A DNA stretch of 64,000 nt from Bugula neritina (taxonomy: Eukaryota; Animalia; Bryozoa), in contig OZ037769.1 of NCBI GenBank assembly GCA_964035545.1, positions 7,111,929 to 7,175,928 of the forward strand, in the 5' to 3' direction. Position numbers and translations under genes: made by a program. Below the pieces are notes generated by a model. The model was not told the DNA's origin and ran no database searches. It was given only the letters and a program-made list of their open reading frames with translations. Below, in pieces: positions 15,381-40,809 of this stretch (position 1 is its first letter; each line of letters opens with the position of its first letter).

Positions 15381-16086
15381 ACGCTAATAAATTAGTCATA
15401 AAGCCAGTCATTAACTGTGTCCCCTAATAACTCATTTCACCTGATTACATTAAGAGACAATTTCATGTTGTAATTGTCTTGATACGAAATGGACAAACTT
15501 GTTTTGGTTAATAAACATATTCACAAAATTAAAATTGATATAATGCATGGACTGAGTTAAACTAATTTGTTTTAAACACTTTAGCTGCAGCACCCAACTA
15601 GATTGTTGGTGAAACCGCAGGAGCTTTCTTGAAGCTATAAAGATGGCATAATTGCATATCGAGATAAATAGCTATAATTTAAATCATTTATTGGTGTGCC
15701 ATTGCCTACACCCCATTTATTGGCTATTGTTAAACATTAATAGCTCTAGTTTTTATCTTTTAGGTTATGAGAGTGCAATAAAGTGAATACTTCAACTGTT
15801 AAAATCTTGCAAAAATGATTTGAAAACTTGATTAGGTGAATGTGAGAAGCTCTACTCTCTCCCCCATGGCTAGCTTTGCACGTCATACACGTGTCATTTT
15901 ATCAACGGAAGTTATTCTGTATTTTCCCACCAGCTTTTCCATGGCTCCATAGCCCTGGCAACGTTACGTATCTTTTAATCGTGTTTCCAATAGGTCATTT
16001 ATTGAATCTATTTGAAGCTGAACTCTATATAACCTATAGACTCACTAACACTACCGTTGATAAACAGTGCATTGAACAAAGGAAAA

Positions 16087-16550
16087 TATTTCTATAGTCA
16101 CGTTTGTTTTAGCTGCTTCAAATCATTAAACAAGAAATGGTGTATATATACACCATTTCTTGTTTAATTGTTTGAAGCAGCTAATTGCATTTTATTCTAG
16201 TTGCTGAAAAAAATTGTACTGAAAAAGTCAGACTTTTCAGTTTTTATTGATCGTTTTATTGATCCGTTAAACATGGCATGAATAGACAACAAAGGACTAT
16301 CTAGTTGTTAAGAGACATTATTTATATAGTCATGTTTGTTTTAGCTGCTTCAAATCATTAAACAAGAAATGGTGTATATATACACCATTTCTTGTTTAAT
16401 TGTTTGAAGCAGCTAATTGCATTTTATTCTAGTTGCTGAAAAAAATTGTACTGAAAAAGTCAGATTTTTCAGTTTTTATTGATAACTTTATTTATCCGTT
16501 GAACATGGCATGAATAGACAGCAAAGGACTATCTAGTTGTCAACAGACTT
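16087..16550. repeat. 232 bp tandem duplication, each unit with a 76 bp near-perfect palindrome
   Basis: Hairpins at 16109-16184 and 16341-16416. Confidence 0.92.
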
Positions 16551-16813
16551 TAATTCTTTTATTGGCAGATACTTAAGATTACACTATATCACCTGTGGTA
16601 TTATGTGAATAAGTTTTATTGAGTATTTAGTATGCTATAAAGCTGAGTCATAGAGAAAGAGAGAGTAAGAATATGTGTGTAAAACATTAGCTTTTACCTG
16701 CAAGCTTTACATAGCTTTCTCTCTTAAAGCCTGTAAAACAACAAAGCTATAACACAATATATGAATATACAACATCCCCCAAACTCAAGTTAGTCTAGGT
16801 GCAAGTTAATTTT

Positions 16814-17085
16814 AGGTAAAAGTGGCATAATTAAAATGGCACAAATGGAAAAGTAGGCAAAAATAGCATAATAATGTTAAATATGCCCAAACTCAAACCC
16901 CCAAATCCAAACCCAAACCTTTAAACCCCAACCCTCAATCTTAAACCCCTAATTCCAACACCGAAATTCCACCTCCACCCCCAATATTGAAATTGTGCCA
17001 TTTTTATCTACTTTTCCATTTATGCCATTAGTACCTGCACCCTTCTTAACTGTGCCATTTATACTGTGTCATTTTTGCCAGACAC
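16814..17085. mobile_element. Non-autonomous element with inverted GGTAAAAATGGCACA subrepeats and a CCC(T)AAA-rich core (Helentron/foldback-like)
   Basis: Starts after a T-run with AGGTAAAA and ends GACAC. Same family at 28693-29003 and 47746-48030. Confidence 0.7.
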
Positions 17086-17224
17086 CATGCAAATTGTATA
17101 TATAACATGACATTTACATAGGATGTTTACACAGCATATAGAAACTGCCGAGTTGAAAAACCAGCATAGCTTGTGCTTTAGATAAGGCAGTTTCCTTTTG
17201 CCTTTGTAAAGTGCAAGTCTTGTC

Positions 17225-17282
17225 CAGTTTGTTAGTTTCTGTTTCCACACCATTGCAAGAGCAAGGCTTAGCAGTAAGTATT
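17225..17282 (+). promoter_or_regulatory. Candidate short 5' non-coding exon and donor for oxidase copy 1
   Basis: The coding exon starts at an acceptor (TTTATTTTAG, 18806) 12 nt before the ATG, which implies an upstream exon. A consensus donor GCA|GTAAGTAT lies at 17274 with Inr-like CCAGTT/TTAGTT just upstream. Inference only. Confidence 0.3.
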
Positions 17283-18818
17283 GCTGGTAACTGCTTTGAA
17301 GGTGTTCAATTATTTTTAGTTGCTTGAAAGTCATCTGCTATCTATAGAGACCCGTTCAAAACTCGCTGACTTTCCACCCAAAACAATATTTGGTAGACGT
17401 GCGTAAAAGTAATATAGTCTGCAAATGTTTTCCTATTACCTATTTATCTATCTTATTTATTATTATATTATTGTTGACATTATTTAACTTTTCGAAATTT
17501 ATTTGTAAGACGACTTTACTCTTTTATGACATAGATATTAATGTTTTGCCGCCTCCAGCTTCAGCAAATCTTAGGCTTTTATATGGTATAAAAGTTTGTA
17601 GGTGGAAAAATACTCTCAAAGACACGTATAAATACATTTCCTTCACCAAGTTATTTCTAACTTAAAAAATAGCTAGAATTCAACTTATGCTTTTGTGTGC
17701 AAGTAACTCTAGCATAAATATGGTTGCAACCAAAAATACTATTATATTATGTATTACAATCAGGATTTAGAAATCTGCTATTTCTAGGCTTATAGGAAGA
17801 AACTATCAAATTGGACTAAGTTGTTATTGAAATTTCAAGACAAAACTAGGAAAAAAATTACATATTTGAATCAAAAAATTAATTCTTTTTCTTAAACTAT
17901 ATAACATATTAATGTTCTAAAAATAACAAAGCTGAGTAAAAAAAAGTTTTTTCAAAGACCTTTACTTTTCTTCATAAATATTATTACTTACTATATAATT
18001 ATTTGGTCATCATTATTGTGCTAATTACATAACACCATCTTCATCCTTAGTAATTCTACTCAACAAACACAACACTGTGATGTAGTTATAAACTGCATGT
18101 GTGCCTGTGGTTTTTATATCAATATAGTACATCCTACAAACACCTAAATACTAAAGCCTAATTAAGCTGATTTAGTAAAGTGCTAGTAAAAATGTGAATA
18201 ACATTAACATATACTTTTATCTCAGTTTTGTATTATGTGTAAAATTACTTTGACATCCTTCAAAATCAACATTTCCTTTCTATTGAAGTAACATAAAAGT
18301 ACAAATTTACATGCTATAAGCAGTTTTGAAGGCTTTTCGTGTGCAGGTTTTGCTAAACTCTTGCATTGCTTTATAGACAGTAACATGTCCTGCAGCAATT
18401 CATGTAAAAATGTTGTAATCAAAAATAATAGGTACCACCAGATATATTTATTAGCTCTGCGTAAAACTTCTGAATTTAAATTATATTTTAAATGCATTGA
18501 TGAATATATTTTGCATGTATCATTAATAAGGCCATCGGAAATATTATTCAGCCTAAATATCTTATTATAGCCAACATAAAAAGATGCACATAATATATTA
18601 TAGTTATATAATATAATATAGGATGACTATATAATACTATATAATATGATTATAATTATAATATATATATAGTAGTAATATAATTATAATGTGACTATGA
18701 TTAAAATAAAAAATAATTACACTCAAAAACTATATTGTACCAACAATTTAGCGTTTAAAAATTATGCTGTTTAAATACCAAATATATTTATTCATGTTTA
18801 TTTTAGACATTGGCTACC

Positions 18819-31591
<12,773 letters not shown>

Positions 31592-31950
31592 GATCAGATT
31601 ATTGGCTGTTTCTACAACACTTGCCTTTATTGCTGATTTTACCTGCGCCTTTTGTAGCTTTGCTCTGGTTTTTATTATGTTGTTGTAGTTATTGGAAGCA
31701 GAAAAATTTTTTAACGGTAGGAAAAAATAATATAATTGAGTAATTATGATTTTGAATAAAATGTGTCAATTTTTTATTAATTAATTCAATTATTTTACTT
31801 CAGTACAAATGATCAAATGAACAAATAAATGATCCCGAAAGTATACTACAGGTAACACTACTCACCACAGACCAAAGGTTTTGCTATCGTGATAATGTTT
31901 TTGCTTGGTAATTCCATGTAAACTCACTTTCTTCACTGAATTTCTGACAC

Positions 31951-32360
31951 ATGCTAGTTTTCATTTGCATACTGTTTTAAGGTTGGATGCCTAAACAGTT
32001 TTGCTTTATAATGAATTTTGTGTGAGTACGTACTGAAATGATTTGGGATTTCTGATTGCTTGGAATGAAATTTTCGGTCGGCCTTGACTTTACTGCTACT
32101 ATAAAACTTATACCAATTATAGCTATCTTTCATTGCATGCTATTGTTACCTGCTGCACTGCACATCCTAATCACTGATATGGCTTGAAAGTTCAAAGTTT
32201 AAGTTTTATAGTAGTGGTAAAGTCAAAGCCGACTGAAAACTTCATTTCCAAGCGATCAGAAATCCCAAATCATTTCAGTACATACTCACACAAAATTCAT
32301 TATAAAACAAAATTGTTTAGGCATCCAACCTTAAAACAGTATGTAAATGAAAACTAACAT
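31951..32360. mobile_element. Palindromic MITE-like element with ~160 bp arms (TTAA|GG..CC|TTAA, Kolobok-like core)
   Basis: 31951-32111 is a near-perfect reverse complement of 32199-32360. It contains TTAAGGTTGGATGCC ... GGCATCCAACCTTAA. Confidence 0.75.
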
Positions 32361-32663
32361 ATATAAGAATATTTTAGTATTGCATAAGTAAAGTGTGTCA
32401 GGGATTCTTTAAGGTAATTGAAGAGCAGTTGACAGTTTATAAACAAGAGATGGCTTTTAAGGTAGTTTTATTAAGTGAGCAGAACAAACTACAGCATAAT
32501 AAAGAGTATCATTACTAACTATATAGACAATGAATGATATGGAACAGAATATATGATTAATATGGTAATTATAATATAATCTCATGGAATATACATGTAC
32601 AGATATTTACTATACTGTTCTACTATGCACCCAGTGATTTGTAAGAACGTGGAAAAAACCTGA

Positions 32664-34852
32664 CTAATAGTTGCTGTAGACAACCTCTTTTTCCAGCCGA
32701 CTCAGCATATTTCTGCCGTTAGCAGGACTGCACGTAGGCAGGGGTGACAACTCCTTTTTAGCTGCAACAAGATCCACAGTTTTTCTAAGACTTTTCTTAA
32801 ACGAAGTAGTTTTGGTTATGCTTGACTTGCTAACATCTGGTTGGATGCCGGTAGCTGTAGCGATATATTTAGATGCTTCCAGTATGGCGGGGTGGAGTGG
32901 GAGCCCCCTCTTTCTCATCATTGGTATTAGTAACTCAGTCTCTCCATGTAGAACATCAACCAGTATGTACTGCAGGATAAATATATACCATCATATACTA
33001 TATACTATAAATATGATATAGGTACTGTATACCATTATATACTATATAATATTATATACTGTGTATTATATACTATATATGTTATATACAATTGTATACT
33101 ATGTACTATAAACTATACACTGTGTGCTATAACATATACCATTATATATTTTGCACAATATACTATTATACACTATATATATACTATTATATACTGTGTA
33201 ATATGTACTATATACTATTATATACTGTGTATTATATACTATATACTATTATATACTATAGATACCATTATATACTATTATATACTATATACCATTATAT
33301 ATTTTGCACTATATACTATATAGCCTACTATTATATACCATTCATATACTATACTTTCATTGCTGACTGCATCTCTAAAGAACAGACTTCAAAAGCTGCC
33401 AGTGACCGAACAATCTGCGTAATTTTCAGCTGAAATTCAACATAATAACTGATACACATAAATATCTAATTTATTACAAAAAAAAGCCTACAAAAACTAT
33501 CACCAGCTGCTACAATGTGGAAAAAATAATAAAAAAACACGAATTCTTGCTCTCATTTAGTCCGATATACTATTACATACTATATACTATTATATGCTAT
33601 TATATACACTTTACCTTCATTGCTGACTGCATCTCTAAGGAACAGACTGCAAAAGCTGCCAGTGACAGAACAATCTTCGTAAGGCCTATAATTATTTGTA
33701 AGCTGCTCAACTGCATTATTAACAATGCTTCTACTATCAAGAGAAATTCAAATTAGTGAATTTGACGCAACTTGCTAAAAGATGAAGTTGGTATAAAACA
33801 CTAAATTGTTTGTAGTTATATGGTTACAGGAACACTCGTATCAAATTGATATGAGAGTAGAGTAGTTTAGGAAATGTCAGTCTTTGTGGTCTCTTAAAAG
33901 TTAAATTAAATTATCTGTCTATACTCTATAGCGATAGTCATACTGTCATACTGATAGCAAATGACAATGTTAAGCAAATGCTTGAGCTTACCCTTTGCTG
34001 CAGTGACAACTTCAGTTCCAAACTCTGAAAGAAAGTGATCATCTTCTATCTCTGAGAGGTGTAAGTGCAATCTTTACCCAGTCCCATGTAATTTTGAAAA
34101 CTGTAAACAACTGTGATGATGGGGTAAAAAGGTGAAATTGACTATCTATACTCTAAATCTAGTATCTATATACTCTGTAGACTATTGTAGGAAGTACAAA
34201 TGAACTAAATTATTATATAAATGATTCAATGTTTTCCATGTTGTAAGGTTGTTTGGAAGCACAAATGCACTGAATCCCAAAGCATAACTTCTTAGCCTCA
34301 GCTTCTGCTGTTCACTATGTCGGCAGAATATCTCTGCTGCCAATAGACCTGAATGAAAACTATGTGCTGTTATGTAATAACTGTAAGATCAGAGAACACA
34401 TAGTGTTTTGTGCTTTTGCAGAATAGATACTGTACAATGATGTAATATATTTACAGAGAATAATATGCTGGCAATGACTATAGTAGAGTTAACAATTTGA
34501 GTAGACTATGCATAGTAAATAACTTGCCAAGTAAATGTAATCTGATATAGTGGTGGTAAGCTATAATTTAATTCCCAGAAAGTCAGAATTCTTAAAAAAT
34601 GTGCTATTCTTGGGACATTAAATAATTATATAGATGTATGAGGTCTTCTTTCCTTTTCATGCTTAACTCTTACTTCTGTATTTCACAAGTTATACCTTTA
34701 AGATATTCCACCAGCTTGCTGAAATATGGTTTCCGTTAGTGCTGAGGTTTATCTGCCTCATTGAGACTTTTAGTGAGATGACTGCTGTGACAGGTTGACG
34801 TAACTATAAATTATTATATCTGCTTCGTCACGGTATGTAGACTACACTGTAT
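32664..34852 (-). pseudogene. Decayed multi-exon gene of unidentified family, convergent with oxidase copy 1
   Basis: AG/GT-bounded pieces on the - strand: 34852-34696 (..TCHSSHLTKS..KPYFSKLVEYLKG, in-frame stops), 34348-~34200 (LLAAEIFCRHSEQQKLRLRSYALGFSAFVLP, donor unclear), 34100-33992 (one TAA; LSEIEDDHFLSEFGTEVVTAAKG), 33685-33615, 33429-33355 and 32969-32664 (YILVDVLHGETELLIPMMRKRGLPLHPAILE...). The last four join in compatible phases. Confidence 0.6.
32985..33350. repeat. Low-complexity TATACTAT-type array (paralogue 52760-53037)
   Basis: Seen directly. Confidence 0.85.
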
Positions 34853-37800
34853 CTACAAAATTCAAGAAAGAATGTGGAACACATATTCTGAAAACAATGG
34901 ACCTGTTACTTGAGGACAGCTGAAATTGAAATATACAAATGAGCTAGGCATGATACTACATATGGAAACTGCTTTTAACAAGAAATGCATTAACATACTA
35001 AACGTATGATTTCTAGCTCTTTGAATAATGCAAATATAATATGCTTATGGTATTATGCAAGTATAGGGATAGGAATAATTCTACGTACATGTACGTGTTG
35101 GGATTTGTAATTTTAACCTCTTCTTACATGAACATTAATTGGTAAACAAACATGAATGAAACTGAGATGTATATATTTATTTAGTCACATTATAACATAT
35201 AAATGACACCTAATATTAATTATATACTTGATGAATTATACAGATTTGATATAACCTGGTGTTTACTTCACCTATAAAATATAATATCTACAAAATCAAC
35301 ACGTGAACAACAACTAGCACATATTATTATAAAATCTTGTTATAAAAACATATATTCCAGAATATGGGTCATGGTAGAAATGATGCTGGTATAACTTATA
35401 ATCCTTAAAGATTCTTATATGATCAAAGTCAAAAAGTTCTCATCAACAAATTCTTTCCTATTTATTCGGGAAATTCTGATCAACCAGCAACTTACTTGGT
35501 TGATCAATCGACTTAGAGTCATCGCTAATACCTAATACTGAGGAGTTTCATTGTAAGTAACTTGATCTATTTTTTGTGAGGTACTAATTTTTTTATTATT
35601 ATTATTTGTTTTGTTATTGTATAATTTGTACTTGATGGAGAAGCTATCATTGAATTGAAGAAAAATTATTTTGAAGTCACATAAATTACACTTGAAGGAA
35701 TATTGTTAAAATTGGGAATTTATTTGAGTTACATAAGTTGTTTGAGGAAACTATCTTGGAATCGTTTGATCCTTAAAGTTACACCAAATTTATGTTTAAC
35801 AGGCTTATCAATTTTGTTGCCAGTATATTATACACAGCACGGTTTCAAAGGATCGCTAGGATATATTTATTTTATTTCTTTTGGGTTTGGTTATTATAAT
35901 AAATTTATTGGTCTTATAATTTTTGTTTTCATATCGTTATCAAATAGATATTCTAAAACATATAAAAATTTCACAGTTTCATTCATTTCCGGAGAGGCAG
36001 GTTCTAAATTTGTCTCACGAAATTTATAACCTGAGTGCTATCATTACATAATACACATAGAACCACATATATTGTTTATACATGGATAATATTGCCAAAC
36101 CAAACCATAAATTAACATTTGTCGAGCGGAGATAACTCCTATTTTTATTCTACAGTTGCTGGATTGCACACATTAATTTCAAAAGCAAAATTATTAGGTA
36201 ATATCTAAATGATTAATTATCTCCCTTTGATCATTTCCAGCCGATCAATTTATCTTATTTAAAACAATAAATCTATAAATATACATATATTTTAATAAGT
36301 TATAAATTTTTTTTAATTTATTTTATTTTCTTTCAACATAACCTTTGCTTTGCTCTTTCACTGCTTGGTAAGCCAGTTTCTTGCATTTAAATTACAATTT
36401 ACATATTTACTTACTGTAGCTTTGTTATGCAACATTTTCTTTTGTTCCACCAGATAATTTACACAAGTTACTTAGGCTTTTGAAATGGTTCACCTGATCT
36501 ATCATTGACTATTCAGTAGCTTGTTTCATTGTTAATTTTAACCTTCCTGTTTGAAACACATTTGCTAATAGCTCAGTGTGTTAGAGTTTAATGGTGCATC
36601 CCCCTGATCTCTCTTTTACACGCATTTTAAATTAGTCTGCTCTTCTTTTCACGAATAGAATTGACTAGTGAAACCTAAGCTGCCCATGTAAGAGATATAT
36701 TCAGTTGGAAATTTTTTGTTAATAAATGCAGCTGCGGCTTTAGCCTCTGATAAACAGAGTGGGGCAATGTTTAATAGCAGTCTGGTTACAAGTTATTTGG
36801 GAATATCTGAATATATAAACTTTAGACGCTAGTCAACTTTGGTTCATAGAAATATCGAAGTCATACACACTAGGTTACAGGAGTTTCATTCCACTTATTT
36901 GCTTCCCAGTTGGGTGATATTTTTTATTTTGGTACAAAATATTATGTACCTTATATCCTTATACAACTTTTGTATTGATTGCTAAACATGAAATAACCAT
37001 TAATATGATATATTTGCAATAATATTCCAATTTTCACAAATTTGCGTGGAACATTTTTTCAAACAACAAAAGGTATAGGAAATGTAAAATTATTAGGTTA
37101 ATGCAGATTAAAGAAATTTATTTGTGTGCCAATTACAAAGAGCAATTGATTAAAGTTTATTTAAATATACATATATTTTAATAGTATTCAAATAAATTGC
37201 ACATAAAATATATAAATAGCATCTAACTGGGAAGCACTATTTGATATTACACAAATACAGGGTTCAATTTGAGTGTTCACTCTACCCTAGTTTCCTATAA
37301 AGCTTTGTGATCATCATTAGTGCACGTGTGAACGCATAATGTTGTTAGGTGAACAACTGTCAATGGTCCCATAGTTCTTATGTAAATAAAATTTTGTTTG
37401 AACATATTTATTTGTAGCATTGATCTCACTTTCTGCTCCCATTAACCACTGTTTAGCTTCATTCAGATCTAGTGTTGATGATTACATATGTCAACAAAAA
37501 TTAAAAAAGAATAATTTTATAAAAATATTAATAAAATACTCATATACTAAGTATCTAAAATGAAATATTTAAGTGAGTATCTAAATGAAACATTTAACTG
37601 GGTAAAGTATTTAACTAATTGAATCTCTGAAATGTTTTGGGAATAATGTATGGAATATGCAAATGACGTTTGTTGTGTGATATAAAGTATGTGAATGAAA
37701 ATGTCTAACTAAATTGTATATGATACGTGTAAACAGTGTAAAAGAATACCCGTAACTAATCAAGCTTAAACCTAATTTGCATGAGCAAGAATTTTGAATG

Positions 37801-38269
37801 TCATTTAGTTAAAACTAGGATATTATGTAGAACGATATTAGAATTATCTTTGCTCGACAAATGTTAGGTTTTGGTTTGGCTTTAACAAAATTATTTATGC
37901 ATGGATAATATATATATGTGGTTCTATGTGTGTAATGGTAGTAAATCTGAACATTAATCTTCGGGAGGCAAATTTAGGACCTGCCCTTCCGAGGAATGAA
38001 ACTATAGATTATGTTTTTGTTTATAAATATCTATTTCATGATAATTACTTGATGGAAACAAAATTACAATAATAATAAAGATGATAACCAAACCAAAAGA
38101 AAAGAAAAGAATTCCGACGATCCTTTGAAATCTTGCTGTGCAATAGAATACAATCAACTTACAAAATTAATGAGCCTTCAAATATGACTTTATATAATTT
38201 CAACATCAATAATTAAAAAACTCTCTCAAAAATAAAATATGGTTTCTATAATTTGTGCAGTTTAAAACA

Positions 38270-38545
38270 TTCAATAATTTTCTCAATTCAAAATAATAGT
38301 TTTCTTCAAATACAATTTTGTGCTGCTTTAATATTCAGTGATTAATAAATTTTCTCCCAATTCAAAAATGATAGTTTTCTTCAAATACAATTTTGTGCTG
38401 CTTTAATATTCAATGATTAATAAATTTTCTCCCAATTCAAAAATAATAGTTTTCTTCAAATACAATTTTGTGCTGCTTTAATATTCAATGATTAATAAAT
38501 TTTCTCCCAATTCAAAATTAAAAGTTTTCTTCAAATACAATTTTC
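38270..38545. repeat. 75 bp VNTR, ~3.7 units
   Basis: GTGCTGC anchors at 38320, 38395 and 38470. Confidence 0.92.
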
Positions 38546-39404
38546 CTCAATAATGATATCTCTAAGTATATAAATTTTCTCAGTATATCTTCTCATCAAC
38601 AACAAAAATATATAATAAAATAACTTACTATAACTGTTTCAGTTTGTCTTATACCTCTGTATCATCATGATAAATATTACATACATGTATATTAATTATA
38701 ATAACTGTACTACTAATATTGTTTCCTTTACACTATTATTGCTTCTTTGTCTGCTGCTGTTCTTCTTTCCTTCTTTCCTTCTCTCTCTCTTAATCTGATG
38801 TTGTTTCTGTCGGCTGTTTTATAGGTAACTTCCTTGGCAGGGTTTCGGGTTCCAGAGCATCAGTGATATCGCAGATTAACTTTGTTAGGTAAGTTGCCAG
38901 TTGGCTTACAGCACCAAATAGAGGGGATTGGTTGACATAAATGGGAGTTGTTGGTGATAAGTTGTTGGCTCATCTTTGTATAAGGATCTTTGAATTACGC
39001 AGGTTACATCAATATCAATATTATGCCACAACCTGAACTATAATTTCTTTTAAAGCTAAAAATAAATAACTATATATATCCATATATATAAAATGCATTG
39101 GCTACTGTTCACGTGCTAACTTTTGTAACATGATGTCATCATCAAACTATATATTATACAGGCTGCATGATTTATCAAGCATAAAATATTGTATATCATC
39201 TATGTGTTAACATGACTGCATATATAAATCCAAACTCAATTTATTCCTGTTTGTTTTTCAATTAATGTTTATTTAAAAAAAGACCAAACATTACAAATTC
39301 CAACACGTGAACATGACAATATAAAATTATCTCAAATTCCACAATTAATTGTATAAAACAGCTTTACTAAGCATATATCATAGTTGCATTATTTAAGGAG
39401 TTAG

Positions 39405-39582
39405 TAATTATATGTCTGGTATATTAATTAAATTTCCACGTAAAACCAATTTCTAATGTAAGATTAAACTTAATTCATTCAAATTATATGTCTGCAGTAT
39501 ATTAATGAAATTTCCATGTGAAATCAAATTTCTATGTAAGATTCATTCAAGTTATATGTCTGGTATATTAATGGAATTTCTT
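39405..39582. repeat. ~70 bp tandem repeat, ~2.5 units (paralogue ~58445-58620)
   Basis: TTATATGTCTG(G/CAG)TATATTAAT occurs three times. Confidence 0.8.
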
Positions 39583-40809
39583 ATCAAGACCAATTAAGAT
39601 TTTTTTATATTTCAACTTCTCTATCCAAATATAAAGCGAATTGCTTTCAAATAATATGTATTTTATACTTCTCTGTAGGTACACTGTTATAGTCAACATA
39701 TGGTGACAGAGCAGACACAACAATTTACCAACCTGTCATCGCAGCCATCTCACCACAAGTATTTAAGAAACGGGGAGACTTCAACACCGAATGAACCACA
39801 TTTCTTGAAAACATAGCTTGTAAAATATAGAAGTAAGAAAATAAACATAAACAAAACATTTCATTTTGCAGACTTTGCAGAAATCTCACTCTGATTGCAA
39901 AATTTAGCTGCACCACTTTTCTGAACTTAGATGATTTGTCTTTATAACATTAATTAGAATTCCCATCTAACCATAACTGGTAGATCTGTATGAATATTTC
40001 CTTGTTTATTGTGCTAATTACATAACATCATCTTCATTATTAGTAATTCTACTCAACAAACACAACACTGTAATGTAGTTAACTGTGTGTCTGTGGTTTT
40101 TATATCAATATAGTACAACCTACAAACACCTAAATACTAAAGCCTAATTAAGCTGATTTGGTGAAGTGCTAATAAAAATGTGAATAATATGATATATTAT
40201 ACTTTTAGCTCAGTTTTGTATTATGTGTAAAACTATTTTGACATTTTCCAAAATCAGCATTTCTATTATATTGAAGTAACATAAAAGTACAATTTTACAT
40301 ATCTAAGCAGTTTTGAAGGCTTTTCATGTGCGGGTTTTGCTAATATTCTTGCATTGCTTTATAGACAGTAACATACCTTGCAGCAATTTATGTAAAAATG
40401 TTGTAATCAAAAGTAATAGGTACCACCAGATATATTTATTAGCTCTGTATAAAACTTCTGAATTTAACCTGTATTTTGTTTGTATTGATGAATTTATTTT
40501 GCATGTATCATTAATAAGGCATCTGTTTTTGCCATCAGAAATTTTATTCAGCCTAAATATCTTATTATAGCCAACATAAAAAGATGCACATAATATATTA
40601 TAGTTATATAATATAATATGGGATGACTATATAATATTATATAATGTTATTATTATAATATATATAGTAGTAATATATAATGTGACTATGATTAAAATTA
40701 ATAAAAATTACACTCAAATGCTATATTGTACCAACAATTTAGCTTTCAAAAATTATGCTGTTTGAATACTAAATATATTTATTCATGTTTGTTTTAGATA
40801 TTGGCTAAC

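Larger units (their letters stand above)
34540..39930. repeat. Giant degenerate inverted duplication (palindrome) centred near 37070
   Basis: Nested reverse-complement anchors: 34788-34797/39729-39738, 35487-35495/38889-38897, 35843-35855/38118-38130, 36053-36072/37912-37931 (20 bp perfect), 36113-36127/37852-37866 (15 bp perfect), 36900-36911/37225-37236. Confidence 0.85.

Noticed and set aside
35703-36029. 108 aa hydrophobic ORF duplicated at 54592-54918
   Set aside because: TTG start and AT-driven composition. Its conservation reflects the near-identical duplication, and I saw no matching open frame in the opposite palindrome arm.
35500-36050. Alternative genetic code (TAA as Gln) or mitochondrial/rRNA insert
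   Set aside because: Stop density fits AT-rich non-coding DNA, no rRNA or mitochondrial motif was recognisable, and the oxidases use TAA as stop.
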